Origin: an uncultured archaeon
GTDB taxonomy: Archaea; Aenigmatarchaeota; Aenigmatarchaeia; CG10238-14
Direction of reading: 5' to 3'
Length of the DNA: 64,000 bases
NCBI GenBank assembly: GCA_964392445.1
Contig: CAYMPD010000001.1
Location: 46,698-110,697 of the forward strand
Of this stretch, positions 36,173-46,568 are shown piece after piece. The translations under genes and the position numbers were made by a program. The notes under the pieces are model-generated. The model was not told the origin of the DNA. It ran no database searches and saw nothing but the letters and a program-made list of their open reading frames with translations. Each line of letters opens with the position of its first letter. Position 1 is the stretch's first letter.

Positions 36173-37234
36173 TTGAAAATGGCCAAGAAAAAATCTAAAG
36201 AAGATAAAAAGGTCTTTACAATTAAAATTCCTTCTTTTAGCTTAAAGCACGTTATCATTGTACTTGGTATTTTACTTGCTGTTAGCGCATTTTTCAATTT
36301 TAGAGGAGGTTGTTTTGGTACAGGTGCTTTAGTTAAGCCATCTCCTCTTGAAGGTAAACTAACAGAAAAGGAGGTAAGTGATAAGGCTGTTGATTATATA
36401 AACAATAATCTAGTGGCAACAGGTGAAGTTACATTGGTTTCTATGGAGGAAACTAATGGCATGTATAAACTAACTACTTCTTATCAAGGTCAAGAAATTC
36501 CTATTTATGCTACTTTGGATGGTAATTACATGTTCTTGCCTCAAGGTACAATTAACCTGGAAGAAACACCTGAAACCACGGAACCTGAAGAGCAGGAACC
36601 ACCTGAGGTACCAAAACAAGATGAAGTTGTAGCTAATGCGTTTATTATGAGTTATTGTCCTTATGGTTTACAATTTTTGAAAGCTTATGTTCCAGTTATG
36701 GAATTACTTGGTGATAAAGCCGATATACAAGTGAATTTTGTTGATTATGCCATGCACGATAAACAGGAACTCGATGAAAATAGCAGGATGTATTGTATAC
36801 AAAAAGAACAGGAAGATAAATTTACTGAATATCTTAGATGTTTTATCGTTGAAGGCGATTATGAAGGGTGTATTGAAGAAGTTGGAATAGAAGAAGCCAC
36901 TTTGAATGAATGTATAATTTCACTTGACGAGGAATATAAAATCACAGAACTTTATGAAGATAGAAGTACCTGGTCAAACGGCCAATTCCCAATGTACCCA
37001 GTAGAAACAGAACTTAATGAACTATACGGTGTCAGAGGATCACCAACATTTGTTGTTAATGGTCAAGCTGTAAGTGTTAACAGATCACCAGAAGCGATAA
37101 AAGATGCTATTTGTGCAGGATTTAATACACCACCAGAAGAATGTGAACAGGAATTGAGTACAACTGCAGAACAACCAAGCTTTGGTGCCATTGGTTCAGG
37201 AAGTGGAGGCAGTGATTCCACAGCCCAATGCTAA
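36173..37234 (+). CDS. membrane-anchored DsbA-like thioredoxin-fold protein
   Basis: 353 aa; N-terminal TM, SYCPYGLQF (CxxC-type CPYG), GSPTFVVNG; acidic linker. Confidence 0.6.
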   Translation: MKMAKKKSKEDKKVFTIKIPSFSLKHVIIVLGILLAVSAFFNFRGGCFGTGALVKPSPLEGKLTEKEVSDKAVDYINNNLVATGEVTLVSMEETNGMYKLTTSYQGQEIPIYATLDGNYMFLPQGTINLEETPETTEPEEQEPPEVPKQDEVVANAFIMSYCPYGLQFLKAYVPVMELLGDKADIQVNFVDYAMHDKQELDENSRMYCIQKEQEDKFTEYLRCFIVEGDYEGCIEEVGIEEATLNECIISLDEEYKITELYEDRSTWSNGQFPMYPVETELNELYGVRGSPTFVVNGQAVSVNRSPEAIKDAICAGFNTPPEECEQELSTTAEQPSFGAIGSGSGGSDSTAQC

Positions 37235-37268
37235 AACTAATTAATTTCTGATTGTAATTATTCTAATT

Positions 37269-37544
37269 ATGAAGTCAAGGCTACATTGTTTTATCTCAGG
37301 TAGGGTTCAAGGAGTACGTTTTAGATCTTATACAAAAAAGAGTGCTGAGAGATTGGGGCTGAAAGGTTGGGTTAAGAATTTGTCCGACGGAAGAGTGGAA
37401 AGTGTAGCTGAAGGAGAAAAGAAGAAGTTAGAGAAATTTATTAAACTTCTGGAGAGGGGTTCTATGTTATCTAGGGTAGATGAAGTAAAAGTTGATTGGG
37501 GGGATTATACCGGTTCTTTCTCAAAATTTAGGATAGTTTACTAA
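37269..37544 (+). CDS. acyP: Acylphosphatase
   Basis: 91 aa; VSGRVQGVRFRSYT and GWVKNLSDGRVE motifs. Confidence 0.8.
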   Translation: MKSRLHCFISGRVQGVRFRSYTKKSAERLGLKGWVKNLSDGRVESVAEGEKKKLEKFIKLLERGSMLSRVDEVKVDWGDYTGSFSKFRIVY

Positions 37545-37562
37545 TTTTATAACTACTTAACA

Positions 37563-38285
37563 GTGGTATTTAAATTTCTAACTGGTTATTTTACCCATAT
37601 GGGAAAACTTTTGTTGCTCTTAAAAGCTACTTTAATTGTTTTAATCCCTCTTTTAGTCGCGATTCTGTATGGAATTTTTATAGGAAATGTAAATGTTAAC
37701 AGCCAAGAAACTTATGAGGTTGAAGAGAATTTATGTGAGATACCAGAAGATGCTCCTGAAGATCAGGTAATAATAGATTTTTTAGAGAAGAGTTATGAAA
37801 GTGTTATTAATCAAAAAGATGGGAATATTCCTATGGTAGTTTTTGAGCAAAGACTAGAGTATGCTACTGATTATAGACCTGAAATTAGTGATTACCTAGA
37901 AACTAGGGGTTATCGATATCAGTTGCCAACAGAAGCGCAAAAAACCCTGGAAGGATTAGTCGAAGAAGATAGTTATTCTAAGACCGTTAATAACATTCAC
38001 AATTGGATAATTGAAAATATAGACTATAACTACAACAGAAACTGGTATACAGCAGAATCAACTTGGGAGGAGAAGGCAGCTAACTGTAACGGGATTAGTT
38101 TTTTGAGTTGTGGGATGATGAGGGAAGTGGGGATACCTTGTATAGTTGTTGCTAACCATGACCACGCTTGGACTGAATATTTGTATGTGGATGATCAAGG
38201 AAGATTGGTTTGGAACGTGTGGGACCAAGGGTTAGAAGGTTATCCTGTTCTTGGTAATAATGTTTATGAGTATGATTTGGATTAG
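37563..38285 (+). CDS. transglutaminase-like cysteine protease domain protein, membrane-anchored
   Basis: 240 aa; N-terminal TM; Cys-His-Asp core CNGISFLSCGMMREVGIP...HAWTEY...D. Confidence 0.6.
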   Translation: MVFKFLTGYFTHMGKLLLLLKATLIVLIPLLVAILYGIFIGNVNVNSQETYEVEENLCEIPEDAPEDQVIIDFLEKSYESVINQKDGNIPMVVFEQRLEYATDYRPEISDYLETRGYRYQLPTEAQKTLEGLVEEDSYSKTVNNIHNWIIENIDYNYNRNWYTAESTWEEKAANCNGISFLSCGMMREVGIPCIVVANHDHAWTEYLYVDDQGRLVWNVWDQGLEGYPVLGNNVYEYDLD

Positions 38286-38287
38286 AA

Positions 38288-39178
38288 TTATTTAGTCGTC
38301 ACAATAGGTTTATCCTGAACAATAACGGTTTCTTCGTGTTGTGCAACCTTGGCTTCGGATTTTTCACGTAGAGGTGGGTATCCTCTTATTACTCCACGAT
38401 TTTCAAGTTCTCTTAAAGCTAGGTGAAGTCTTAATGGGGTTGTGACATCTTTTAACCATCTCTTTGCAAAAGGTAGAGTCTTGTATTCTTCTCCTATTTT
38501 TTCGATTATTTTTCTTGATTCTCTTAATCTAACTGGAGCTAGTTGGTTGAACATGTAAATTAGGGTGGGAGATGATTCTTTTACCATTCCTTCTCCTCGG
38601 GTGGTAAACACTTCCATTCCTAGAACACTATCTTCGGGGATTAGTTGATCACTTGGGATTTTGCCATTGGGGATTGATAGTTCACCATGCTGCAGATATT
38701 GTCCGACACTGTGTCCTGCAAGATTACGGATTGGTTTAACTCCATGAGAAAGAACTACTTCCTCTATCAACTCAGAAATCTCACCAACTGTCTTACCCGG
38801 TCTTATTTCTTTTGTGACCTGATCTACTGCGTCCTTTGAAGCTTCAATTAAATCATTGTCCTGTCCACCAATACTAACTGTTGTAGCAGCATCAGCAATA
38901 TAACCATCAACATGAACACCTATGTCAACCTTCACCAAATCTCCATCCTTGAGAGTGAGGGTATCATCAATATCAGGAGTATAGTGGGCGGCTATGTCAT
39001 TGATTGAAAGATTAATTGGAAATGCTATTCCTGCTCCTTTGTCCTTAATCATTTTTTCTATTTTTTCTCCTAATTCCAGAACACTTACTCCCTCCTTGAC
39101 TTGTTTCAGTGTTAATTTCCTGACTTCTTTATGTATTTCTCCAGCCTTTCTATAATTTTTAAGAACTTCTTTTTCCAC
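38288..39178 (-). CDS. map: Methionine aminopeptidase, type 2
   Basis: 296 aa; pita-bread metal ligands (D..D..H..E..E) in IAAHYTPD, VDIGVHVDGYIAD, archaeal type-2 insertion. Confidence 0.85.
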   Translation of the reverse strand: MEKEVLKNYRKAGEIHKEVRKLTLKQVKEGVSVLELGEKIEKMIKDKGAGIAFPINLSINDIAAHYTPDIDDTLTLKDGDLVKVDIGVHVDGYIADAATTVSIGGQDNDLIEASKDAVDQVTKEIRPGKTVGEISELIEEVVLSHGVKPIRNLAGHSVGQYLQHGELSIPNGKIPSDQLIPEDSVLGMEVFTTRGEGMVKESSPTLIYMFNQLAPVRLRESRKIIEKIGEEYKTLPFAKRWLKDVTTPLRLHLALRELENRGVIRGYPPLREKSEAKVAQHEETVIVQDKPIVTTK

Positions 39179-39253
39179 TATATCAACTCCATGACTATTT
39201 AGTTACTAATATTGAAATAATAATAATAATAATAATAAACGATGTATAATTAA

Positions 39254-40183
39254 TTGTTAGGTGTGGTAATGGGAAAAGGTCAGATGTCGATTCAAATGAT
39301 TGTTGCCCTTGTTATACTTCTTGTTGTAGCTGTTGTCACGATTAGAGTGTTTCTTAAAAAAATGGGGGAAGCAGAACAGCCCCAACAAAATATGAAGGAG
39401 ATTATTCGGGATATAGGCTTTGAAGGTCAGTGTGAGAGACTTTGTAACGAGTATAAACTCGACGAATCAACAGCTGCTCTGGCCAAATACTGTTATACTA
39501 AGTTGGAAGGGGATACTGATCTAAACAATAATGGATTAGTGGACAGTTTTAATGCTAATACCAAGGTTCTTCCGATTTGTGAGGACGGAGTTTATTGTTT
39601 TCATGTGGTTGAATGCAAGACCAATACTGGCGTTGTTGACTGGGAGGATTGTAGGAAGACTGTTTGTGATGAGTACTCGAAGATTGATGGCGTTGATGTT
39701 GATGGTAAGGTGAAAGAATTGTTTCCAAGTGAAGGGAGTTGTGATTTACCTAGAGGTGAGAATTGGTGGGATATGTACTTTGGACCGATACCATGTAGTT
39801 TTCCTCCTGGGATTCTTGGGTTGAAGGATTGTTCTTATGATAGTGATACTGATGAGTTAATTTGTACGACTAATTGTGGTTCTGATCCAGATCCAGAGAT
39901 TGTGGTTGTTTTGACGGATACCGATGCTGATCCTGTTTGGAGTGCTGTTATGAATGTGACTCACCAATTTTTAATGGGTCCCGATGGGGAAGAAGATTTT
40001 TCGGGCGGAGAGATAATAACATTTGATGAAGATGAGAATGAAATAAAAGTGGAGAATCTTGTTAGTAATTGTAGTAAAGATGTTAATTTTGATTTTACTG
40101 ATCGGGATGATTGGTTTGTTTTTCTTGTTTCTACTGGTTTTCCACCGGAGTATGATATTGCTTATGTACAGGGAGTTGAGTGA
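39254..40183 (+). CDS. secreted Cys-rich protein
   Basis: 309 aa; N-terminal signal/TM, about 20 Cys, acidic. Confidence 0.5.
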   Translation: MLGVVMGKGQMSIQMIVALVILLVVAVVTIRVFLKKMGEAEQPQQNMKEIIRDIGFEGQCERLCNEYKLDESTAALAKYCYTKLEGDTDLNNNGLVDSFNANTKVLPICEDGVYCFHVVECKTNTGVVDWEDCRKTVCDEYSKIDGVDVDGKVKELFPSEGSCDLPRGENWWDMYFGPIPCSFPPGILGLKDCSYDSDTDELICTTNCGSDPDPEIVVVLTDTDADPVWSAVMNVTHQFLMGPDGEEDFSGGEIITFDEDENEIKVENLVSNCSKDVNFDFTDRDDWFVFLVSTGFPPEYDIAYVQGVE

Positions 40184-40194
40184 AGTGAGGTTTA

Positions 40195-42147
40195 ATGGAA
40201 ATATATAAGAAAAGAATTTCCTTACTCTTTATTTTATTCTTATCTTTTATGATATTTTCTATAAATATTATTAATGCGGATACTTGGGAAGATACATGCG
40301 AAAGTGACGAAGATTGTACTGAATATATAGATGAAAATACTGGAAACCCCATCGACACATGTAAAGATAATACTAAATGGTTTTGTGCTGTAGATTGGGG
40401 AACTTCAGAATGTGATCATCCTATTAAAAATTGCAGATTAAAATGTTTAGAAGGTTGTTGTTGGGTTGCTGACGGGAGTACTAATTGTGATAGTGGTTAC
40501 AGTTATTGTTATTGTCCGGATGGTCCTCCTCCTGAGGACGATGTTGGTTGTGAAAATATACCAAAAGACCATGTCCCAGAAAGTTGTCCTAAATGTAAAA
40601 ATTGTGAAGACTGTATATACCATTGGTGGACACCAGGAGGAAATTCATGCGGTTGGTGTGGTGATGATAATACATGTAAATATGGAAGTCTTTCTGGACC
40701 TGAAGAGGGAGAGTGTAATGATTGGTACTGGGTTAATTGTGAAGGAGCTGCGGAACCTCAAGAATGTTCACAAGGTTCACAGGAATCGACTGATTGGGAT
40801 TGGACACCAGACGGATGTATAACGTCACAATGGAACTGTGAAAATTGCGGTACAGCAGATGAATGCTGTGAGATTTGGGGAGATCCAGGATGTGAGTCTG
40901 GATTATATGTAAAAGGAACTAAGGGTTATATTTACGTTGTAGATCCTTCTATAAGTCAGGTTGCATGTGAAGAATATGAGCCTCCTAATGAAGCTCGTAT
41001 TGAAATTAGTCTTGATCCTGAACAGGAATGTTATGAACCAGGTGATGAAATGAACTATATAACACTTAAATTCTATTTAAATGACGTTTTAACAGATCCT
41101 AGCGAAAAGACCCTAAAAATAAAATATCATGAAGAAGATTTAATTAATGATTATACTGATCAGCTTTCTAAAAACAAAATAGGTGAATATAAATTCACTT
41201 GGGATTTGACTATAGAGGAGGAGGATGCTACGGGACTCAGAAAAATAACCGCAACAGCAACTTTTCCAGGAGGAGAAACAACAGAAGCAACTAAAGAATA
41301 CGAAATTCAAGAGACTTGTGATGGTAGTAGTGATGATGCTATCCCAATAACCGACTGTCAAGAAATAACTGAACCAGGGAATTACGTTTTAGCGAATGAT
41401 ATTACTATGACTGGTCAAAATAAAGTTAGTTATGATAAATCCAGTGGAGGTACTTATTACGCTTGTATAGTTATTAGTACTTCGAATGTTAATATAGAAG
41501 GTAATGGAAAGAGTATAGAAGGTTACCGAGAATATTTAGGTATAGCCATTTTAGGAGATAACAATAAGATTGAAAATTTAAAATTAAAAAATTTCTGGAC
41601 AGGCATTAGGATATATAGTGGAAAAAATGATAATACAATAACTGATACCGTAATTACAAATATGGACGAAGATGGTATATTTGTTGATTCAAATTCCAAT
41701 ATAATAAAAAACAATATATTTGAAAATAATGGGAGAAACGGAGTTTTTATCACTACGATCACTACGGATACAGAAGACAATACAATAGAAGGGAATGTTA
41801 TTAAAAAGAGTGGAGTTAATGGGATTGTGATTTTTGGGGGTACTCATAAAATTAATGGAAATACTGTCTGTGAAAACACTAATAATGATATAATGTTATC
41901 AGCGAGATCAACAACCTCTGAACTTTCCAATAACGTTTGTAACATTCTATCATACCCTTTGGGCCCAGGACGATGTGGAAGATTATGTCCCGGTACCAGT
42001 ACTCAATATTCTACCGAAACCCCCGAAGCAGGAGAATCACTCCAATTATCTTTTTACGGGCAAGATATATATCAAGGAGGACTAGCAATAATAACAGACC
42101 ACTTCAACGACCAATCATCCAACGAATCGAACACGGCTCAGAGGTAG
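40195..42147 (+). CDS. secreted Cys-rich protein with right-handed parallel beta-helix (pectate-lyase-like) repeats
   Basis: 650 aa; signal peptide, N-terminal Cys-rich module (about 40 Cys), then repeated N-x-I/V-x-x-N-G motifs typical of PbH1 repeats; ATG preceded by AAGTGAGGTTTA. Confidence 0.55.
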   Translation: MEIYKKRISLLFILFLSFMIFSINIINADTWEDTCESDEDCTEYIDENTGNPIDTCKDNTKWFCAVDWGTSECDHPIKNCRLKCLEGCCWVADGSTNCDSGYSYCYCPDGPPPEDDVGCENIPKDHVPESCPKCKNCEDCIYHWWTPGGNSCGWCGDDNTCKYGSLSGPEEGECNDWYWVNCEGAAEPQECSQGSQESTDWDWTPDGCITSQWNCENCGTADECCEIWGDPGCESGLYVKGTKGYIYVVDPSISQVACEEYEPPNEARIEISLDPEQECYEPGDEMNYITLKFYLNDVLTDPSEKTLKIKYHEEDLINDYTDQLSKNKIGEYKFTWDLTIEEEDATGLRKITATATFPGGETTEATKEYEIQETCDGSSDDAIPITDCQEITEPGNYVLANDITMTGQNKVSYDKSSGGTYYACIVISTSNVNIEGNGKSIEGYREYLGIAILGDNNKIENLKLKNFWTGIRIYSGKNDNTITDTVITNMDEDGIFVDSNSNIIKNNIFENNGRNGVFITTITTDTEDNTIEGNVIKKSGVNGIVIFGGTHKINGNTVCENTNNDIMLSARSTTSELSNNVCNILSYPLGPGRCGRLCPGTSTQYSTETPEAGESLQLSFYGQDIYQGGLAIITDHFNDQSSNESNTAQR

Positions 42148-42284
42148 AAATAACACCCCAATCACCAGGACAACTAGTAACGAGAGCAATATCGTTCGAC
42201 CCTGAAGTCAAAGTCACCAATCTTGTTCAGGAAGTGGAGGAGTAACAATCAACCTTTTTTACCCAGTATTCCTAATTTGTTATT

Positions 42285-44642
42285 ATGAACAAAACATTCA
42301 TCCTCGTCGTGATCATTCTTCTACTAATACCTGTAATCCGAGCTGGGGGTGTACCTGGTACCAAAATAGCCACTTTTGTCTCGAAATATTCATCTAGAAG
42401 TATGGACCCTGATACATATGAATACTACCAAAAAATAAAAGAAAATTATAATGTTTACATTGTCCAAGACTCTTCTGTTGCAGGTGATAGTCATGATTGG
42501 AAAACCGCTTCCCAAATTTCAGATCTAGTTTTCGTTACCGCCCTCAGTCACAAAATGTTAAATGAAAGTAAAGATGCGTTCTGTGAGAATTTGGGTCACA
42601 TATTAACAGAATCTGTTGGTTTAATTTTCGCAGGTAACTCTCTAATCTTCTATAGTAATAACACACCAGATGGAACTATTAATACTTCAAGTTGTATTTA
42701 TACTGATTATTTTGATTTTGGTCACGCCGCTCCTAATACAGAAATAACTGACAATAAAATCAAGATATCAGAGTATCATGAAATAACAGAAGGATATGAA
42801 ACAAAAGAATATAATTTAGCTCAATCTAACAAAATTTACCCTATAGTCTCTCCTAAGAATGGCCTGAACTTAGCCACTGTCTATGGGGACCCAGATGGTT
42901 CTGGGTCGATGGTAATAGGTCCAGATGATTATCCAACAGTGGTTTTATGGCAAGGAATTCGTCACAACACCCTAGTTTGGGGACTAACAACATCCGAAAT
43001 GGAGGGTTGTACGGATTGTCTTGGATGGGATTTATTTGAACAAATAATAGACTGGATATCAGACGAAGAAAACATGGGATTTGAGATTTACACGGATAAA
43101 GAGGTATATTTTTTGGATGAAACCATTAACATTGATGTCCAATCTCATGTTGATATCGAAGATATTAAGGGGAAAATAATCTACCCAACTGGCAGAGAAG
43201 AAGAATTATATTTCACTGGCTCGGGAAAATTTTGGAGTAGTATGTATCCTTTTGAAGTTGGTGATCCTCCTGGTAATTATACTATATCCACTACAATAGA
43301 TACATTGAATATAAGAAAAGAAGTCATTGTTAAGACAATGGAGATTGACATAGATGTCATTAATAATACAAAAGAAGTTGAAATTTATGTTGATCTAAAA
43401 GACAAATACAATGATCTCTTGGAAAACGGTAATATGAATATAACTATAACTAAGCCTTCTGGCATCCAAAGCAGTTACAATTTTGAAGATACTAGTTCTG
43501 CTCATCTTATATATAACGTCACCGAGAGTGGTATTCATGTTGTTTATATTTCTGCTCAAGGGAATGGTGGTTCACAATCTAAAACTGAAAGTTTCTATTT
43601 CAAACTAAAACCAAAACTGACTTTTATACCTGAAAATATCACTGAAACGGTTAACTATCCTCAAAACCTGACAAGAAGTATAACTATAAGTAACGATGGT
43701 AATGAGAGTGTTGCTAATGTTGTACCTAAAAGCGGGGGAGAGATTGGTGATTGGATTGATTTTAACGATACCCCCTTTAGTCTAGGAAAAGGGAACTCTA
43801 CCTACTTATCCTTGGAAATATCTGTACCTGAAGTGGGTGAAGGTGAACACAAAGGATTTATCAACTTCAGTTCAAGTGAGGGGTCTGATATATTTCCTAT
43901 AACTGTCGAAATTGATTATTTAGGTCAATTATCTGTAAAACCTCAATCATATCAAGAAGTGTTTTCAACGGGTGAAATACGAGAACTAGAATATCAATTA
44001 GAAAATATTGGTAAAGGAAGTTTAGAAATAAAATCAATAACACCTAGCCAACAAATAGAAGAATGGGTTCATGTCTCCAACCAACCTAGACTAATTCCAT
44101 CAGGAGGAAGAGCATCATTAAAAGTTCTAGTGTCGACTCAGGGTGTAGATGTTGAGGGAATGTTAAAGACGATAAGTGGGAATCTCGAAATAGTCACTGA
44201 TTTAGGTACATATGATTCTCCTCCCAGTTTGAGTTTTAAGGTCTACTCTGATATCTCTAAAAAGGCTGAAGGATTTTACCCAGATTTAGTTGAAATTGAG
44301 AGAAAATTGGAAGACCTAAAAGAGAAAACAGATGTGACAGAATTCCAAGAAGAAGTTGATAATATAAGGCTGAAAATAATGCAAGTTCAGGAACTTTATA
44401 ATAACGAACAGTTAGAAAGTGCTTATGAAAAATATAACTCGATTCAATCAGAAATTGACAATCTGGAATCAAAGGTTGATCAAAAGGAGACTGAACTGGA
44501 ACAAAGAAAACAAAAAACTATAACTATTGCTATTATCGCCGTGGGAGTTTTAGTTGGAATAATAATTCTTTACATAATCATCAAGAAACTTAAAGGGAAA
44601 TCCGAGTATGGGTGGTTATATCAGAAATGGAAAAATCGTTAA
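42285..44642 (+). CDS. large cell-surface protein with C-terminal coiled coil and TM anchor
   Basis: 785 aa; N-terminal signal, beta-rich Asn/Thr-rich body, coiled coil, C-terminal TM + KK tail. Confidence 0.5.
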   Translation: MNKTFILVVIILLLIPVIRAGGVPGTKIATFVSKYSSRSMDPDTYEYYQKIKENYNVYIVQDSSVAGDSHDWKTASQISDLVFVTALSHKMLNESKDAFCENLGHILTESVGLIFAGNSLIFYSNNTPDGTINTSSCIYTDYFDFGHAAPNTEITDNKIKISEYHEITEGYETKEYNLAQSNKIYPIVSPKNGLNLATVYGDPDGSGSMVIGPDDYPTVVLWQGIRHNTLVWGLTTSEMEGCTDCLGWDLFEQIIDWISDEENMGFEIYTDKEVYFLDETINIDVQSHVDIEDIKGKIIYPTGREEELYFTGSGKFWSSMYPFEVGDPPGNYTISTTIDTLNIRKEVIVKTMEIDIDVINNTKEVEIYVDLKDKYNDLLENGNMNITITKPSGIQSSYNFEDTSSAHLIYNVTESGIHVVYISAQGNGGSQSKTESFYFKLKPKLTFIPENITETVNYPQNLTRSITISNDGNESVANVVPKSGGEIGDWIDFNDTPFSLGKGNSTYLSLEISVPEVGEGEHKGFINFSSSEGSDIFPITVEIDYLGQLSVKPQSYQEVFSTGEIRELEYQLENIGKGSLEIKSITPSQQIEEWVHVSNQPRLIPSGGRASLKVLVSTQGVDVEGMLKTISGNLEIVTDLGTYDSPPSLSFKVYSDISKKAEGFYPDLVEIERKLEDLKEKTDVTEFQEEVDNIRLKIMQVQELYNNEQLESAYEKYNSIQSEIDNLESKVDQKETELEQRKQKTITIAIIAVGVLVGIIILYIIIKKLKGKSEYGWLYQKWKNR

Positions 44643-44968
44643 CCTTTGAGTTTAATTTGAATATGAACTCCCTGTGGGACCTGAATCCTCAGAACCTTTC
44701 TTAAAGCCCTATCATCAGCCTGCATATCGATTATTCTTTTGTGTACTCTCATTTCCCATCTATCGTAAGTTGTGTTTCCGTGCCCTGTACCGTCCCCGCA
44801 AGGTGTTTTCATAGTTGTTACCTTTAACTTTTTGGTAGGTAGGGGTATAGGACCTTTCCAATTAACTCCTAACTTCTTGGCAACTCCAGTTATCTCTGTA
44901 CAAATCTCTTTTAATTTTTCTGGGTCTTTGCTTGAAAGCTTAATTCTTGCCATCTGCATAAGTATCAA
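44639..44968 (-). CDS. rps10: 30S ribosomal protein S10
   Basis: 109-aa ORF (true start probably a few codons in: MQMARIKL); GPIPLPTKKLKVTT...DRWEMRVHKRIID uS10 signature; follows tuf as in archaeal str cluster. Confidence 0.85.
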   Translation of the reverse strand: MILMQMARIKLSSKDPEKLKEICTEITGVAKKLGVNWKGPIPLPTKKLKVTTMKTPCGDGTGHGNTTYDRWEMRVHKRIIDMQADDRALRKVLRIQVPQGVHIQIKLKG

Positions 44969-45007
44969 ATACTAAATGTGATGTTAATGCATTTAAATCT
45001 TTTGTTC

Positions 45008-46261
45008 TCAGGTTCCTTCTTTCCAGGAATTCAAATATTTTTTCTGTTTTTTAGTTAATTTATCGATTTTTATTCCCATTGAATCTAATTTCAGAGAAGC
45101 GATTCTTTTATCAATCTCGGGAGGTACATCATAAACTTTATTTTTTAGTTTCTTTTGATTTTTAACAACATATTCCGCAGATAAAGCATGATTACTGAAA
45201 GACATATCCATCACATTACAAGGATGTCCTTCTGCACCTGCTAGATTAACTAGTCTTCCTTCTGCAAGTAAATAGATTTTTTTACCGTTTTTCAGGGTAT
45301 ATTCAACCGTGTTTTCTCGGATTTTTTTCTTGTTTTTAGCAATTTTTTCAAGTCCCTTTACATCTACTTCCACATTAAAGTGTCCAGAATTAGCAACTAT
45401 AGCACCATTCTTCATTAACCCGAAGTGTTTCTCTGTGATAATATCTCTGTCACCTGTAGAAGTAACGAAAATATCTCCTAACTTTGCGGCTTCATTCATA
45501 GGCATTACCCGATAACCATCCATAACCGCTCTTAAGGCACGAAGAGGATTAACCTCTGTTATTATAACATTTGCACCCATTCCTCTAGCCCTTTTTGCTA
45601 TTCCACTCCCACAGTCCCCATAACCACCCATAACAAAGGTTTTTCCAGCGAACATAATATTAGTTGATCTAAGAATCCCATCAATTGTACTTTGAGCCGT
45701 TCCGAGATGATTATCAAACATGTGCTTAGTGGGTGTATCATTGACAGCAATGATCGGGTATTTCAACGCCCCATCTCTCTCCATGGCTCTAAGTCTTATT
45801 ACACCCGTCGTAGTCTCTTCCTGTCCCGCATAAACATCCTTGATTAGCTCCTGTCGGTCGCTGTGGATGGTTGAAATAAGGTCTGCACCATCATCTATAG
45901 TAATACTTGGCTTAAGATCTAGGGCTTTGTTAAGACACCAGTAATATTCCTTGTTAGTACATCCTCTCCAAGCGTAAACGTGAATTCCTTCCTTAGCAAG
46001 AGCTGCAGCGACATCATCTTGGGTAGATAAAGGGTTGGATTGACATAAACCTACTTTTGCTCCGCCCAATTTCAAGGTTTTAACTAGAACTGCGGTTTCT
46101 TTTGTGACGTGTAAACAGCAACCTATGGTTAATCCTTTGAATGGTTTATTTTTCTTGAATTCTTCTCTTATTTTCATCAGAACAGGCATATGATCTTCTG
46201 CCCATTCTATTTTTAATTTTCCTTGCTTAGTCAATTTAATATCTTTTACCTTATAATCCAA
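45008..46261 (-). CDS. ahcY: Adenosylhomocysteinase
   Basis: 417 aa; SAHH NAD-binding GYGDCGSG and substrate motifs HVTKETAVLVKTL, CNVMDMSFSN-like regions. Confidence 0.9.
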   Translation of the reverse strand: MDYKVKDIKLTKQGKLKIEWAEDHMPVLMKIREEFKKNKPFKGLTIGCCLHVTKETAVLVKTLKLGGAKVGLCQSNPLSTQDDVAAALAKEGIHVYAWRGCTNKEYYWCLNKALDLKPSITIDDGADLISTIHSDRQELIKDVYAGQEETTTGVIRLRAMERDGALKYPIIAVNDTPTKHMFDNHLGTAQSTIDGILRSTNIMFAGKTFVMGGYGDCGSGIAKRARGMGANVIITEVNPLRALRAVMDGYRVMPMNEAAKLGDIFVTSTGDRDIITEKHFGLMKNGAIVANSGHFNVEVDVKGLEKIAKNKKKIRENTVEYTLKNGKKIYLLAEGRLVNLAGAEGHPCNVMDMSFSNHALSAEYVVKNQKKLKNKVYDVPPEIDKRIASLKLDSMGIKIDKLTKKQKKYLNSWKEGT

Positions 46262-46346
46262 ATTATCTACCTCCCTAAAAGTTACTATTTAATTTTCTCG
46301 GTTCATTGATAAATAGGTTTAAATATTTCAGAAATATTATTTTTGC

Positions 46347-46568
46347 ATGGTATTAACAAATTTGCCTCAAGATATTAGAATTATAAACGAATACCAATTA
46401 CCTTCTGATGTAAAATTTGTTGATCTCTCCCATCCAGAGGTTGAAACTCGCCCATTTGATACCGTATATTCAGTTTTAGTTAAAGATAGAGTAGTGGGTG
46501 AATTAATACCCAAATACGGGAGATTATGTGAAGTTGAATATGAAGGTCATATATACTCATCAAGATAA
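46347..46568 (+). CDS. hypothetical small protein
   Basis: 73-aa ORF only. Confidence 0.25.
   Translation: MVLTNLPQDIRIINEYQLPSDVKFVDLSHPEVETRPFDTVYSVLVKDRVVGELIPKYGRLCEVEYEGHIYSSR

Noticed and set aside
40466-40822. 118-aa ORF rich in Val/Ile/Arg
   Set aside because: Alternative frame inside the Cys-rich surface-protein gene
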